From contig MEDY01000074.1 of assembly GCA_001724265.1 (NCBI GenBank), forward strand, positions 1 through 64,000: a DNA stretch of 64,000 bases, written 5' to 3'. This DNA comes from Rhizaria sp. SCN 62-66. Lineage: Eukaryota. Of the stretch, positions 1-11,951 are shown piece by piece (position 1 is the first letter of the stretch; the number at the start of each line of letters is the position of its first letter). The translations under genes were made by a program, and so were the position numbers. The notes under the pieces were generated by a model. That model made no database searches, was not told where the DNA came from, and saw nothing but the letters and a program-made list of their open reading frames with translations.

Positions 1-363
1 ATTGGCAAATAGTTTATTTGTAATTATATAAATAAACCACGTAGTTTGATAACTTCTACGAAAGTGCGCCAAAGTCGCAAAAAAAGCGCGAATTCGCGTA
101 TTTTAGTTGACGCTACATAGGGGTTACATTGTTTTATCTATCGTTGCAACTGTCTCTTCCATCAATGTCTGTAATACTTTCACAACCCACTATGTTGTCA
201 AGAGTGAGGAATAAATGCGTGTGTACTTTGTATTTTAAGAGGTTGGATTTCTTTGATTTTAATTTGCAAGAAAGCTATGTAAAGAGGACGTATCAACTCA
301 TAATCAATGTGAAAACTCTATATTGCAGACCTAAATGACTCAAGTGTGAGTGTCACTCCTTGC

Positions 364-2622
364 TCACTGGTAGGTATCGTAGCGTAAGTGCGGGAACGTT
401 GTCGGGCGCAGCAACTTGGCAAGACGGTCAACCGTGTAGTGCCGCAACGGGTGAAAGTCGCCGTAGACAAGCAGCGCCCTTTGGGCCATTGCCTTGTCGC
501 GCTCGCAGGCCTTCTTGTACTGCTTGTAGAGGAAGTCAGCCACTGAGAGCTTCTCGTTTTCCTCGGCCTCCTTGGCCTCCGCGTCAAGCCGCGCGGCCTT
601 TTTCTGCGCGCGGCGCTCTTCAACCTCCTCGGGCCCTTCCGCAAAGATTTCGGCAAACCACGCCATGACGGTCGCCGAGTCGTCACCGTAGTTGCGCACG
701 AAGAACATGCGCACCAGCTCCAGCGCCCCGTCGTCGCCGCGCACAAGCCCCTGCTGCGGGCGGCTGCCCAGCGCGGCCTCGGCGCGCGACATCTGCTCGG
801 GCCGGATCCCGCGGTTGTGCAGCGCGCCGAGCAGAGTTTGCGGCGGCTTGACCGTGGGCGCGGGCGGCGCCGGCGGTTCGCTGTGGTCCCACTGGCGCTT
901 CTGCTTGACACGCTCCGCGCTCGGCCGCGACTTGTCAGAGTGGTCGTCTCCTTCCTCGGAGCTGCGGAGCCTGTCCCACAGAGAGCGCAGTGTCATCTGC
1001 TCCCAGAGCTCATCCGAGGCCTTGGAGCTGTTCAAAAACAGCATGCTGCAGCCTTCATACATCGCGTGACGGCCCGCCTCGAGCGGCGCCACAATGCCGC
1101 GCCGCAGCAGCTCGATTGCGCGCCGCATCGCGTCCACACCCACGCGCACGCGGTCTTCGCCGTGGCGCGGGCCCAGCGGCGGCGAGTCTGTGGCTGCCAT
1201 TATACGCGCAAGGTCCTCTGACCCGCTACGGGCACCGATCTTGGCCTCGACAACCTGAGTTGACTCAATAAGACACACGTTGACAATCATCTTGTGCATG
1301 CCGTGCTTGAAGTAGGTTGGGAACTTGCCAAGCTCGTCACCAGATTTGGCCAGACGCCCGCTCCCGTCCCACAGGTCATTGCGCCAGTCGCCCTCGTAGC
1401 GCGCACCACACGCGTACCGCATGTCACCGAAGCCCTGCCGCTGCGTGCCACGCATCTGGCCAGCGTACGCGCCCCACTGTGGATGGTTAATCTCGGCGCT
1501 CTCGAGTGCACCGTCATTCCAGCGCCCGCGCACCTTCCAGCCGCAGGCTGACACTAGCGTCCCGTTGCCGTCGCGGACATCGCGTTTCCACCAGCCCGTG
1601 TGCGCGGCACCGCGCGGGTGCCGCTGCGTGGCGAACCCGTGCAGCTGCCCGCGGCGCCAGCAGCCCTCGACGCGAAGCCCGTCGGCGCGCGCGCGCTCGC
1701 CGCGGCCGTGAACGACGTCTGAAAGCCACGCGCCGCGGTGGCCGGCGCCAAAGCGGTCGCGCTGCTTGCCTGGTCCGTGGCGTAGCCCGTAGCACCAGAA
1801 GCCAACATGCGCGGTGCGCGCGTTGTCGGCAACATGGAACATGCCTTCCCCGTTGGGATAGTCAGCGACCCAAGCGCCGATGTAGGTACCGACCTCGAGA
1901 CACCAGAAGGACCCAAAGCCGTGCCGCCGCCCACGCTTCCACTGGCCCGTGTACACGCCTACGCCGGGCGCGGAGAGCGTGCCAAAGCCGTAGAACTGCC
2001 CGGCCTTCATGTCGCCCTCGTAGAGCGCGCCCGAGCACCACTGCACGCGGCAGTGCCCCTCGAGCAGACCGGCGACGCGCGGACCATGCGCAAACACCAC
2101 GTGCGCGGCGTCCACGGGGCAACCGGAGCCGGACGGTGAAGGGCACGCCGCGAAAACGCCCACCGTGGGCAGCGCCGCTGCGGGGGACTCCCAGGGCATC
2201 CAGCGCGGCAGCCGTGATGTGTAGTCCGGCTCTGGCCCCAGCAGCGCGGCGCGGTCGCGCGCGGCGGCGATGCGCACAAGCTCGGCCTTCTCGGCAGGCG
2301 AGCGCGGCGCGCGCACGGGGGCAAGCTTGGGCGGCGGCGTTACGGGGCGCGGCGCGGCGGGCAGGGCGAGCGTGGCCGCGGCGGTGCGGGCGGCCTCCTC
2401 GTCGCGGTTGTGGTTGCACCACCTGCACTTGCACGCAGCGTGGATCACAGACATCTTGGGCTTGCACTCGAGCGCAATAAGCGGCCGCATTGAGCACACC
2501 TACCGCGAAGGGATGGGGCTGGGTGGGCACGGTAGCTATGATCTGCGTCGGCTGTGCGTGCACGCAGCTGATAGCGCTTCGGGCGAGAGTGCGATACTCG
2601 GAGGAGCTCGCGGTGGGAGCAT
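364..2622 (-). CDS. MORN-repeat protein (paralog 1), about 752 aa if two N-terminal TAG codons are read as sense
   Basis: Tandem MORN motifs (YEGDMKAGQFYGFG, YTGQWKRGRRHGFG, YEGDWRNDLWDGSG). The ORF 364-2499 extends in frame through TAG 2500-2502 and TAG 2536-2538 to ATG 2622, where AT-rich flank changes to GC-rich coding-like sequence. Ends at TGA 364-366. A start at the downstream ATG 2490 is the alternative. Confidence 0.8.
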
Positions 2623-3864
2623 TGATAAGACCCTTCAAGTTAAACAACTTAATATAACCTGCAAAATTAAGGTTTTTACGCAAAGCCAAGACTGCGAAAC
2701 TTAAAGACGTCGCGTTTTTCGCGTTGTAGGATAGCTTTAGTGTCGGTGGTGGCTGATGTTGATGTGCGAGGACTTGATGTGGCAACCAATTCGCCTGTAG
2801 AGAGTGCTTAAGGCAGTTAAAAAAAAAGTAAACAAGTGAAAATGATATAAAAAATACGGTAAGCATGTAGCACTACGTTTGATTTTTGAAAAAAGCTTAA
2901 TCACATAGTAAATGTCGACTTAGTGCTTGATGTGCACCCCTCCTCCAACCTGTAGGAAAGAGTCGTCATTTCATCACATGACTCACAAGCTTAGCAGTAA
3001 ATCCTCCAATTATAATTAGGAATATGACTATATCAAAGGTAATTAACACAGAACATTGCAATATCATTGCACTTCCACGATTAATACTAGCTTGAGAGAC
3101 TTGAATCACAACTTCGCCAGAGCGGCCTCGTCAAGATGCATCGCAACCGAGGCTGTGTGAGTTAGCATATCACAGTCCGTCACACACGGCCGCTAGCATT
3201 CCACGTTTCCATTTGGCAACGGGAGGCAAGGTAATAGCGCCGACCAGGTTAATACAGTGCATATTTGAATGCTCGAATTGACTTGATGATGTATACTATG
3301 CGTTTATGGTTGATGATGGTGAACCTGTCCACGCATGTCACTTGAAGTTGCATGCAAGGCAACCTCAGACGATTGAATCGAGTGCCTCAGGAATACAAAC
3401 ACAAGAAAATACATAAATATAACTTGTTCAACACAGAGCATCCATTATTTTTGTTCAAGACATGATATACACACATATAACACAGATATCATATGAGCTA
3501 ATAAGATCACCACAAACCAATTTCAAGATGACAGTGTACGCTGGGTGTAAAAGAGTATAAGGGTAACAATGTATTATGATTGTTCACTATACCTGTAGCG
3601 AGGTACTGTAACACAGGTTGGCTGTGCTGATTTGGAAAAACATCGCGAGTTGCGCTCACATCGCGCTACATCTCACTGACAAGGATCACGAGCCCCTTGC
3701 CGAACTTACTGCGAGACATGAAGCCTCGACAGCTATCATGGAAAAATCATTACTCAACATTTTATCACATTTAAAACAAACAAATATACACCTAAAATAC
3801 AATTAAGATCGATGTTCGTTGCACCAAAAGCAACATCATCCCTTGATCTAGCATAAAGCGCCAC

Positions 3865-6498
3865 TTACTACGTCATGTCAGATGCTTCTGCTTGACTTTT
3901 CTTCGAGTAGATATGAATGAACCTGAGAGCATTCAGGCTTCCTTGCTCAAAACCAGTTTCAATATTGCTTAGCGTTGGTCTACCCAGCTCACGCACGCGT
4001 GTCAGTGCCGGTGCAGTGCTGTTTGCGTTGTTTCTGTTACGACTACCACTCCAGCCCCGCTCTGTGTAGCATCGCTCGCGCCGATCTTTAAACCATTGGG
4101 GCAGCTCTTCATCAGCATTGTCCACCTTGCGCACAGCGCCATCTGCATTCAAGGTTGTGTTTTCGCCGACGTTTGCAGTTAAAGCTGCGGGTACGGACGA
4201 CTTGAAGCGCGCCTTTGCAGAATAGTACGCGGCTACCCGAAGATCGAAGCGTGACAGAGCGTTACGCGCGGCCTTGCGGTCAAAAGTTCCACTATCTACA
4301 ATCTGCTGAAGCTTTGCCACGTGTGCCACAAGATACGCCGTGGGGTCGAGTTTTTGCTTTGGCGTTGTGTCTTTACGTTCACTGCCATCTCTGTCATATG
4401 CGCTATCGGGGTCAGATGAGTCGTCCTCAAAGCGACCAAGCGGGTCGTACAGCTCGCCACCCTCTTCCCACATAGCTTCATAACGTAGTTGCTCGTGTTG
4501 GCGGTGCTGCTCATGCGCCGCCGCAGCATTACGTTCATTGCGTTCTTTTTGCTCACGTGCCGCCACACTTGCACGTAGCATTCCATTTACGCTTACATCA
4601 GAACCCATGCGAGTGGATACACCTGGCATAGGCCGGAGAGTCATCTCTGTCGTGCGCACAGCCGCTGCGGCAGCCGCGGTTGACGTGCGCCGCAGGGGCA
4701 GCAATCCGGCACGCGTGTTGAGCGGCGTGCGCTAGCCAAGCAGACTGCCTAGTCCACTGCTACTCCCACTGACGGTAATGCCTGTGGCGCTAAACCCTGA
4801 GAAGCCACGTGCGGGCTGTCTCTGAGGGGCTGCAGATGTTCTTAGTGTTGTGGCAGCTTTGAGCGGAAATGATGTGCGGGCATTACCACCTACTTGCAGC
4901 AGATGCAGCGGAGCGGCAGAAAATCCACTCATCGAGTGCGTAGCAGTCAGTGACGGTGAGCGTTGTGGCTGTGCGCACTTATTTACATGCTGTGACCCTA
5001 GCTCAGGCGGCTCAGCCGCTACGGCAAGAACAACCTCAGACAGTGAACACGTCACAGATGGAACATCGGCGGCGTTTCTAGCAAGCTGTGTCCTTGTCGC
5101 ATCATCAATGTTGCCACAAGCTCGAACTTCAACGGTGCCAGCCGGCAGTACTGCTAAACTACTCTCTGGCGGAGTGACGATAATTGCCATATCGCGCTCT
5201 GGTACAAAGGCGAGATATGAGTCCGCAGAGCCTGCAAGAATGTGCTGCGCAAGTGTTCTGACCTCAACGCCCACGTTCTCAGCAGGAGGCTCGGGCCATA
5301 CCCAGTTGCGCGAACAGTTCCCGTCTTCACCACAGCGCGCGGCAAACGGTGTGAGTCCACCTGCAGCGAATGCGCTGCGCTGGAGCTCCCAGAGAGCAGC
5401 TTGTAGCTCGGCAAAGCGCACGAGCAATAACGTCTCAAACCCTTGCAAGACAAAGTGCAGTGCGTCGTCTTGCGGCGGCGGAGGCACGGTTGGCGCAACG
5501 TCCGCAGCGAGCTTAACTAGCGGCGATGCCTGCCGCTGAAAGCGTTCGCTATCGAAGTCGGCGAGCGAGTGTCCGCCGTACGGGGTGAAGCGCCTGCCAA
5601 CAAGATGCAATGAGCTTTGGCTCGCCACCAGCATTGTGTCACACCACCTGCCGCGGATTTGCGCGCTAGTGGGCAGCGTAAGAGCCCCAGCTTGCCAGAC
5701 GTCACCGCGCCACAGTCCAGTATAGGCGGCGCCACTGGGGTACGCCATGTTGCCCGTGCCTCCGCGCATCGTGCCATGCACGCCGCCGCTGTAGCTTCCC
5801 CAGTCAGGATGTTGAGCAAGTACAACGTTTCTAAGTGTGTCAGCAACCCACACCCCCTCAACACTGTGTCCGTGAGAGTGGCGCGCGAGCCCTGCGCCGG
5901 AACGCTGACCATCACGCCAGATACCTGAAAACGTGCCTTTACCTGTGCTATCTGTGCGCTGCGCCCAACCGTGCAGAAGGCCTGCGCGCCAGTGTCCGCT
6001 GTAACGCGTACCCGCTGCGTCGCGGTACTTGCCTTCGCCGTCGCGCCGGTCGCTGCTCCACGTGCCGCGGTACTCCTCTTCAGTCGCGTGAAAGAACAAG
6101 TTGCCCTGGCCGCAGCGCTGGCCGAGCTCAAAGCCGCCCTCATAGCTCACTACAACGCCACCAGGCAGCACATAACGCAAACGACCGCGACCGTGCGGAT
6201 GGTCTTCAAACCAGTCGCCAATGTAGACTGAGCCGTCGGGGTAGCGCTGCCGACCGAAGCCGTGACGGCGGCCAGCGCGGAAGCTGCCGCGGTAGGTGCC
6301 AGAGACCGGGTCTGTGAGACAGCCTTCGCCGTGAAAAAGCCCACGCTTCCAGTCGCCACTGTAAGTTGCCCCAAACGGCCAGCGGCACATTCCGCGACCC
6401 GAGAAAAATCCGTCTTGCAATGTGCCAGTGAAGACGGCGCCACCAGGCAACGCATAGTGCAGGTCGCACGACAGCATTGCCATGGGGGAAATTGACAT
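3865..6498 (-). CDS. MORN-repeat protein (paralog 2), about 877 aa, joined across in-frame TAG 4732-4734
   Basis: N-terminal MORN array (YSGDWKRGLFHGEG, YIGDWFEDHPHGRG, YRGTWSSDRRDGEG). ORFs 4732-6498 and 3868-4704 share one frame and are separated only by a TAG. The frame ends ACG TAG TAA, with TAA at 3865-3867. Confidence 0.8.
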
Positions 6499-7241
6499 AG
6501 CGAGTGAAAACCTTTGCTTATTTGAAAATCCTTTTAAATCACCAAATAAATATATAACTTAAACGATTTAATTGTTGCGGTGCACTTGGAATTGCTTATT
6601 CAATGCTTTTCTTTGTTCTAAGCAAGGATGGTCGTTGTGTTGAGAGCAGATGTGAGGTTTGTTCTTGTGGTGTTTCGGTCATAGTTCACCATTTCAAGAT
6701 AAAAAGATAACTTATCAAGAAAATAAACATTGATACACTGAATATTTGGAGAAAATGTGATTCTGGCGCAATATTGGCGAGATATCACAATCCAATTCTT
6801 GCGTTTACGATGTTTTGCACGCAACGCTGGTGGCAATCGACAAAAAGCCAATCTGTCGGGGTATTTCATCGACAGATTTCAATTTCATTTTAAAAAAACA
6901 TTTGACACTACGATTTAATGCGGCTCACACCAAAAACATTCATCAAAGCCTTTTGGATACGCCAGGCAGTGAAGTGATGTACACGAGATGCATATGATGT
7001 GCCAGGACAAAAGGAGACAGAATGTAAAACTTTAAGTGGGCTTTTAAGTTGTGGTTGGATGTATTGAAATTTTTCTTCAAGTTCTTATAATAATCAAATT
7101 GCCATTTTGTTACATTTATTATGGCATTTGCATTTTATGAACGCATATACCGAGTTTTCATTGTGATATGCGCTATATTGGCAGTATACTCCTCGTTATC
7201 AGTGTCATGCACTCGCGCTGTGCTGTGACTCTATAACACAC

Positions 7242-10200
7242 TCACTCGTCGTCATACGGCCGGTGCCTCCCAACGTTGTTGACAGGCCCGCACTCGGGCA
7301 GACACTTGCGTTGTTGGTGCGCCTTGAGCGTAGCGGCCTGCCCAAAGGCTTTACCACACGCGCACGCGAACGGACGTTCCTTGGTGTGTGTACGCAGGTG
7401 ATTATTACGTGCGCTTACCTGCGCGAAGGTTTCCCCACACACTTCACAGGCGTATGGCTTAATGCCCGTGTGGCAGCGCTCGTGCACGCGTGCGTTGGCG
7501 CGAGTCGTAAAGCGCTTACTGCAGAAACCGCACTCAAAGGGCCGTTGCGGGTTGTGCATGCGCAAGTGCCGCTGCAAATCCGTCTGCCGCGCAAACGATT
7601 TGCGGCAGTGCTGGCACGCATACGGGCGGTCGTCAGAATGGATGCGCGCGTGCCGCGTTAACGACGCTTTAGACGAGAACTGCTTACGGCACACCCCGCA
7701 CTCAACAGCAGCGCCGCGCCGCCCTCCAGCTGCGGCTGCGGCCGCGCTTGCGCCCGCAGCTGCACCTACAGCGGCAGCACTTTGCGCACTGTTGTTGTCT
7801 ACCCCGTCATCACTCTCCTCTTCTTCTTCTTCATTATCATTGTCAGCGGCAGCTCCAACCTCGCGTTTTACACGCACATCCCGCGCTTGCTGGTGATGAT
7901 GCTGCCCCGGCATCGGTAGCCGCGGCAACGCTGTTGACGCTTGACTAGAGCCTGATAGCGACGCAATGCCAAGCGGTGGCTGCGACGCAAGAAACCCGTG
8001 CGAGTGCACGCGCTCATGTGAGTAGTCATCTTCTTGCTTGATGTGCTGCAATGAGCCCGAGGACGCCGCTGCTGCAGCCGCTGCAACGGCTGCCGCTATC
8101 ATGTCGGGGTTACCAGTGCTGCGGGCATTAGCGGCCGCTGCAGCACTTACCGTCTTCACACCAAGCGCGGTGCTTGCGCTCCCGCGCGCGCCCACCACAA
8201 GTCGCGGCGTTGCGCCCGCCGCTGCTGACGTGGCTGAGGGCGGACCCGCAGCGCCGCGCTTGCGGATGAGCGCCTTTGTGCGAGGCTGCGCAGTCGGCGC
8301 ACGCCTTGAAACGGCTACTGCTGAGTGATGAGGTGTTCTTGCTACCTGGCCGGGGGCAGGTAGCGACGCATGGGGTGACACGATGGCGCTGCTGCCACTA
8401 CTGCTACTGCCGCTATATAGCTGATCTGAGTAGTGATGCTGCGCTGCGCGGTACGGCTGGCTGTAGCCATGAAGATGTGCGGCAGTTGCTGCCGCTGCAG
8501 CAGCTGCAGCAGCCGCTGCGACAGCTGCTGATGGAGCTTCCAACATTAAGTGTTGACGCGCGCTGCCACCGTCGTCTCCAAGCACAGGGACACTTCCTGC
8601 GCTCTCAGCAGCCGCAACAAACACGGATGCAGTCTGCGCGCTGTAAGAAAAACCCACGTCATTTGCTCGCATGCGTGAACTCGTACTTGCACCAGCTGCG
8701 CCGCTGCCGTAGCCAAAGTTTGCATAATGAGCACCGCTGTTACTGTACACTGCACTGTAGCTGCCGTGACGCGCGGACGATTGCGGCTCACCACATCCAC
8801 AGTTACAGTTTCCACTATGTCCGTGCGCGTGGCCGTTAGAAAGAGCGCGACTGCTGTTAGTATGCGCAATTGTTGCGTCGTAATAAGGATCACGTACGCC
8901 CACGCCTGCGCTTGCACCCGTGCCGTCAAAGTCGCTCCGTGAGCGCCCGCGCGGAAAGCGTCCCAATCCTGCGGGTGCCGGCGGCTGCTCGTGCGGCAAA
9001 TAGACATGCTCACCGTAACCAAAGCTGTTGTGGCTTTGGTTGTAGGCCGGTCCTCGAGCGTGCCCGTTGTCCAGAGAGTCTGTGCGACCAAGAAGCGTGC
9101 TTGCTGACTGCTGTAAATGACTGTGGCCGCTATGGTCATGCTGTTGATGTTGGTGCTGACGCTGCAGTGCGCCATTGCGCGGCGAGCGGTAATGCACCGC
9201 TTGAAAATCGCTCCCAGCTTGGTAGTGTGCATGCGCCCCATGTTCGCCGTAGTGTCCGCCGCGCCTGCCTTGATGTTGCTGCTGGTGTTGCTGCTGCTGC
9301 GCCCGTGGCGTTGGCGCGGACATGTAGTCTCCCGTTGCGAGACCGGGCAGTGCATGCTGTTGCACTGCGTTACGCAGGCCACCAAGACCACCGAGACCTC
9401 CAATGCCGCTGTTGCCACCGCCAAGTCCAGCGCCCAGCCCCATGCCACCAATGCCCAGCCCCAAGTTCAGCGTACCAAGCCCGCCAATGCCGCCGCTGTT
9501 ACCTCCCACCAGCGGCATGCCAAGTCCCATTGACGGCAATCCGAGTCCAAGCCCAAGGCCGAGACCCCCCGAAGCACTGCCTGGTGGGCTTGCGCGCTGC
9601 GGTAGCTTGAGTGTCGTTGCGCTGCTTGCGCTGCTGTTTTCGACATGTAGAGAAACCCCGGAGTGTGCGCGCGCTGCCGCGTCGTTGCCTCGAGCATAGT
9701 CGTGCGTATGACTGTGCGCGTAGGCGTGCGTGCTATCAGCGGCAGTACTTAACTGCGCTGCCGGCTGTTGTGCCATGGTTGGCTCGATGACAGTAATCAC
9801 CCCAACTGCATGCTGCCTTTGACTCCGCTGCTGCTCCGACTGCAGTGCGAGGGTGATTTCACTCTTGCCTGGGCCGTCGGCCTGTGCCAACACCGGTACG
9901 CTTTCCGTAGCCACGGGCGCGGGTTCAATCTTAACAACGTCAGCCCACACAAGACGCCGGCGCTCGGGCCGAGCCACAAGCGCCTCACTGTCTTGCATTT
10001 GGGCTATAGGTTGCGGCAGCGGCTGCGACTGTGTGCCAGCAACGGGTGCCACAATTGCCGTAACGGCACTGACAGAACACTCAGTCGGAAACGTGCGAGT
10101 GCCGCTTTTGATGGAGCGCATTGGGGCTTGACCGACAGCAGTCGCTGCCGCCGCAGCTGCATTGACTGCTGCGACGCTCACGTTTGAGGAGCCGCGACGT

Positions 10201-11951
10201 AGAACACCACTTGTGCTTGTGCACGTGAGTGCGCGCAGGGATCCTGATTGCTGCGACGGCGTTTGGGGCGCAGGGAGGTGTGCAGCTGACCGCTGCTGCA
10301 AGCGCCGACCAAGCAGCACCATTGGCACGGGCACTTCAGCTGCTGCGGCGGTCGCAGCAGCCGCCGCCGCAGCGCCGTTCATGTCGGCAAAGTTCGACTC
10401 TGAGGGCGACAGTGCCACAAGAGATCTTGACCAGCCAACAGCAGCTGCAACATTGCTGTTTATTGCGGTCTCAACGTTGTACTCGTTGCCACTAGCCGAT
10501 ATGGTCGGTGTCGCGCTTTCAGAGCTGCTACTGGCGCTGTTTTTAGGAGATCTGCAAGGTCTAACATGCGTCCCCTCAGCATTTGCGTCGTCGTCAGTCA
10601 TCCGCATAGCGGCGACAGGCGCCGTTGCCGAGCCGAACGCAGGGCGAGCGGCTGCGCTTGGGCAAGAGCCAAGGCCACCGGCAGGCAACAGAGCCAGCCC
10701 CATGCCACTCAGTGACATTGCTTGCTGCGACAGCGAAGGAGGAGGCAACGAGGCTGGGCCAGCTGTCGTTGGCGTGGCTGTTGCAGCATAGTCAGCTGCG
10801 TTGCCTCCAAGTGCGCCAGCGCCGCTAAACGCTCGCGGCGAGCGCCGAACGCCCCTTGCAGCCAGTAAAGCCGCAGGGTTGCGAGGCGCTATTAAAGCGC
10901 CATCGTTGGGACGTGCTGGCCATTCGATGGTCGGCGCCGCTCCACGCGCCGTCATGCTGGGCCAGTGCTGCTGTTGTTGATGTTGTTGTTGATGATGATA
11001 CGCGGCGCCATACTGTGGAGTAGCGGTGGGCGGTGTGCTGCCCGTTAACGCGGCGTGCGACGGAGCCGGCGGCGGAAACACCCCGTGCCCGAAACCGTAT
11101 CCGTGACTGAGGCCGGGACCCTGGCTGTGGCTCTGTGCGTGGGCGTGGCCAGCTTGACTGTGCACACCGCCTGCCTGTTGCTGTGGCGGTAGCGGCGGGC
11201 GCCCCTGCTGCACATACTGCGCGTGATGTGCTTGATGCGTTGCCGTTGCGGGGCGCGCGCCCGGTGAAGGTTCCGCTGCGTTGCTGTTGCCGCTGCTCTT
11301 GCCTCTCACTGCTCTGCTAGTCGCAGGAGTGCCCGCGCAAGTGCTAGCGCCGCCATTCGCAACCGAGTCAGGAGGCGTGGCAATTGGCGTGGCAAGCGCG
11401 TCCGCATCAGCGTCAGCGTGGGCATCGGTGTCAGTTTTGGGCGATGAGCCCCCTGGTGTGCGGCGGCCGGAGCGCAAAGTCAAGCCGCTGCCTTGCGAGC
11501 CGCTCTGCGGACCGCCGGGCGCAGCGAGACTTACAGCAGGCGCTGTCAACACAAGCGCAGTGGGCGTTGCGCCAAGACTAGGCGCGGGGGCTGCGGTTAC
11601 GTTTGAGGCCGCTGCGGGGCGCAGCTTGGGCGCGGAGAGCGCGCTGGTGACCCCTGCGCTGGCTGCGTGCGGAGTTGGGTCAAGGCCGCCTCGAAAGGAC
11701 TGGCGCACGGGCGTACCATGGTGTTGAGTACCGGATGCGGCTGCAGAAACTGGAGATAGAGATTGCGGCGGATGCAATGCGGAGACGTGTGCGGGGCCAG
11801 GAAGCGCAAAGGCGGGAACGGGGGCCGGTGCGGGCGGCGCGGGCGGGCTGCCACGGGCCCTGGCGCGCGAGTGCGACGACACGGGAGTGGAGAATTCGGC
11901 CGCAAAACAGTGCGGCACGTGGGCAAACAACAAGGGCTTGGCACAAAACAA
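7242..11951 (-). CDS. C2H2 zinc-finger transcription factor with a long low-complexity N-terminus; start uncertain
   Basis: C-terminal array of four canonical C-x2-C-x12-H-x3-H fingers with SDDRPY/NPQRPF/TGIKPY/TKERPF linkers, plus a fifth degenerate finger. Ends at TGA. The first in-frame ATG is only at 10955. Confidence 0.8.
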   Translation of the reverse strand: MFCAKPLLFAHVPHCFAAEFSTPVSSHSRARARGSPPAPPAPAPVPAFALPGPAHVSALHPPQSLSPVSAAASGTQHHGTPVRQSFRGGLDPTPHAASAGVTSALSAPKLRPAAASNVTAAPAPSLGATPTALVLTAPAVSLAAPGGPQSGSQGSGLTLRSGRRTPGGSSPKTDTDAHADADADALATPIATPPDSVANGGASTCAGTPATSRAVRGKSSGNSNAAEPSPGARPATATHQAHHAQYVQQGRPPLPPQQQAGGVHSQAGHAHAQSHSQGPGLSHGYGFGHGVFPPPAPSHAALTGSTPPTATPQYGAAYHHQQQHQQQQHWPSMTARGAAPTIEWPARPNDGALIAPRNPAALLAARGVRRSPRAFSGAGALGGNAADYAATATPTTAGPASLPPPSLSQQAMSLSGMGLALLPAGGLGSCPSAAARPAFGSATAPVAAMRMTDDDANAEGTHVRPCRSPKNSASSSSESATPTISASGNEYNVETAINSNVAAAVGWSRSLVALSPSESNFADMNGAAAAAAATAAAAEVPVPMVLLGRRLQQRSAAHLPAPQTPSQQSGSLRALTCTSTSGVLRRGSSNVSVAAVNAAAAAATAVGQAPMRSIKSGTRTFPTECSVSAVTAIVAPVAGTQSQPLPQPIAQMQDSEALVARPERRRLVWADVVKIEPAPVATESVPVLAQADGPGKSEITLALQSEQQRSQRQHAVGVITVIEPTMAQQPAAQLSTAADSTHAYAHSHTHDYARGNDAAARAHSGVSLHVENSSASSATTLKLPQRASPPGSASGGLGLGLGLGLPSMGLGMPLVGGNSGGIGGLGTLNLGLGIGGMGLGAGLGGGNSGIGGLGGLGGLRNAVQQHALPGLATGDYMSAPTPRAQQQQHQQQHQGRRGGHYGEHGAHAHYQAGSDFQAVHYRSPRNGALQRQHQHQQHDHSGHSHLQQSASTLLGRTDSLDNGHARGPAYNQSHNSFGYGEHVYLPHEQPPAPAGLGRFPRGRSRSDFDGTGASAGVGVRDPYYDATIAHTNSSRALSNGHAHGHSGNCNCGCGEPQSSARHGSYSAVYSNSGAHYANFGYGSGAAGASTSSRMRANDVGFSYSAQTASVFVAAAESAGSVPVLGDDGGSARQHLMLEAPSAAVAAAAAAAAAAATAAHLHGYSQPYRAAQHHYSDQLYSGSSSSGSSAIVSPHASLPAPGQVARTPHHSAVAVSRRAPTAQPRTKALIRKRGAAGPPSATSAAAGATPRLVVGARGSASTALGVKTVSAAAAANARSTGNPDMIAAAVAAAAAAASSGSLQHIKQEDDYSHERVHSHGFLASQPPLGIASLSGSSQASTALPRLPMPGQHHHQQARDVRVKREVGAAADNDNEEEEEESDDGVDNNSAQSAAAVGAAAGASAAAAAAGGRRGAAVECGVCRKQFSSKASLTRHARIHSDDRPYACQHCRKSFARQTDLQRHLRMHNPQRPFECGFCSKRFTTRANARVHERCHTGIKPYACEVCGETFAQVSARNNHLRTHTKERPFACACGKAFGQAATLKAHQQRKCLPECGPVNNVGRHRPYDDE

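Noticed and set aside
2900-3810. Moderately GC-rich patches between the MORN genes
   Set aside because: Frames I examined are interrupted by TAA/TGA and gave no recognisable product.
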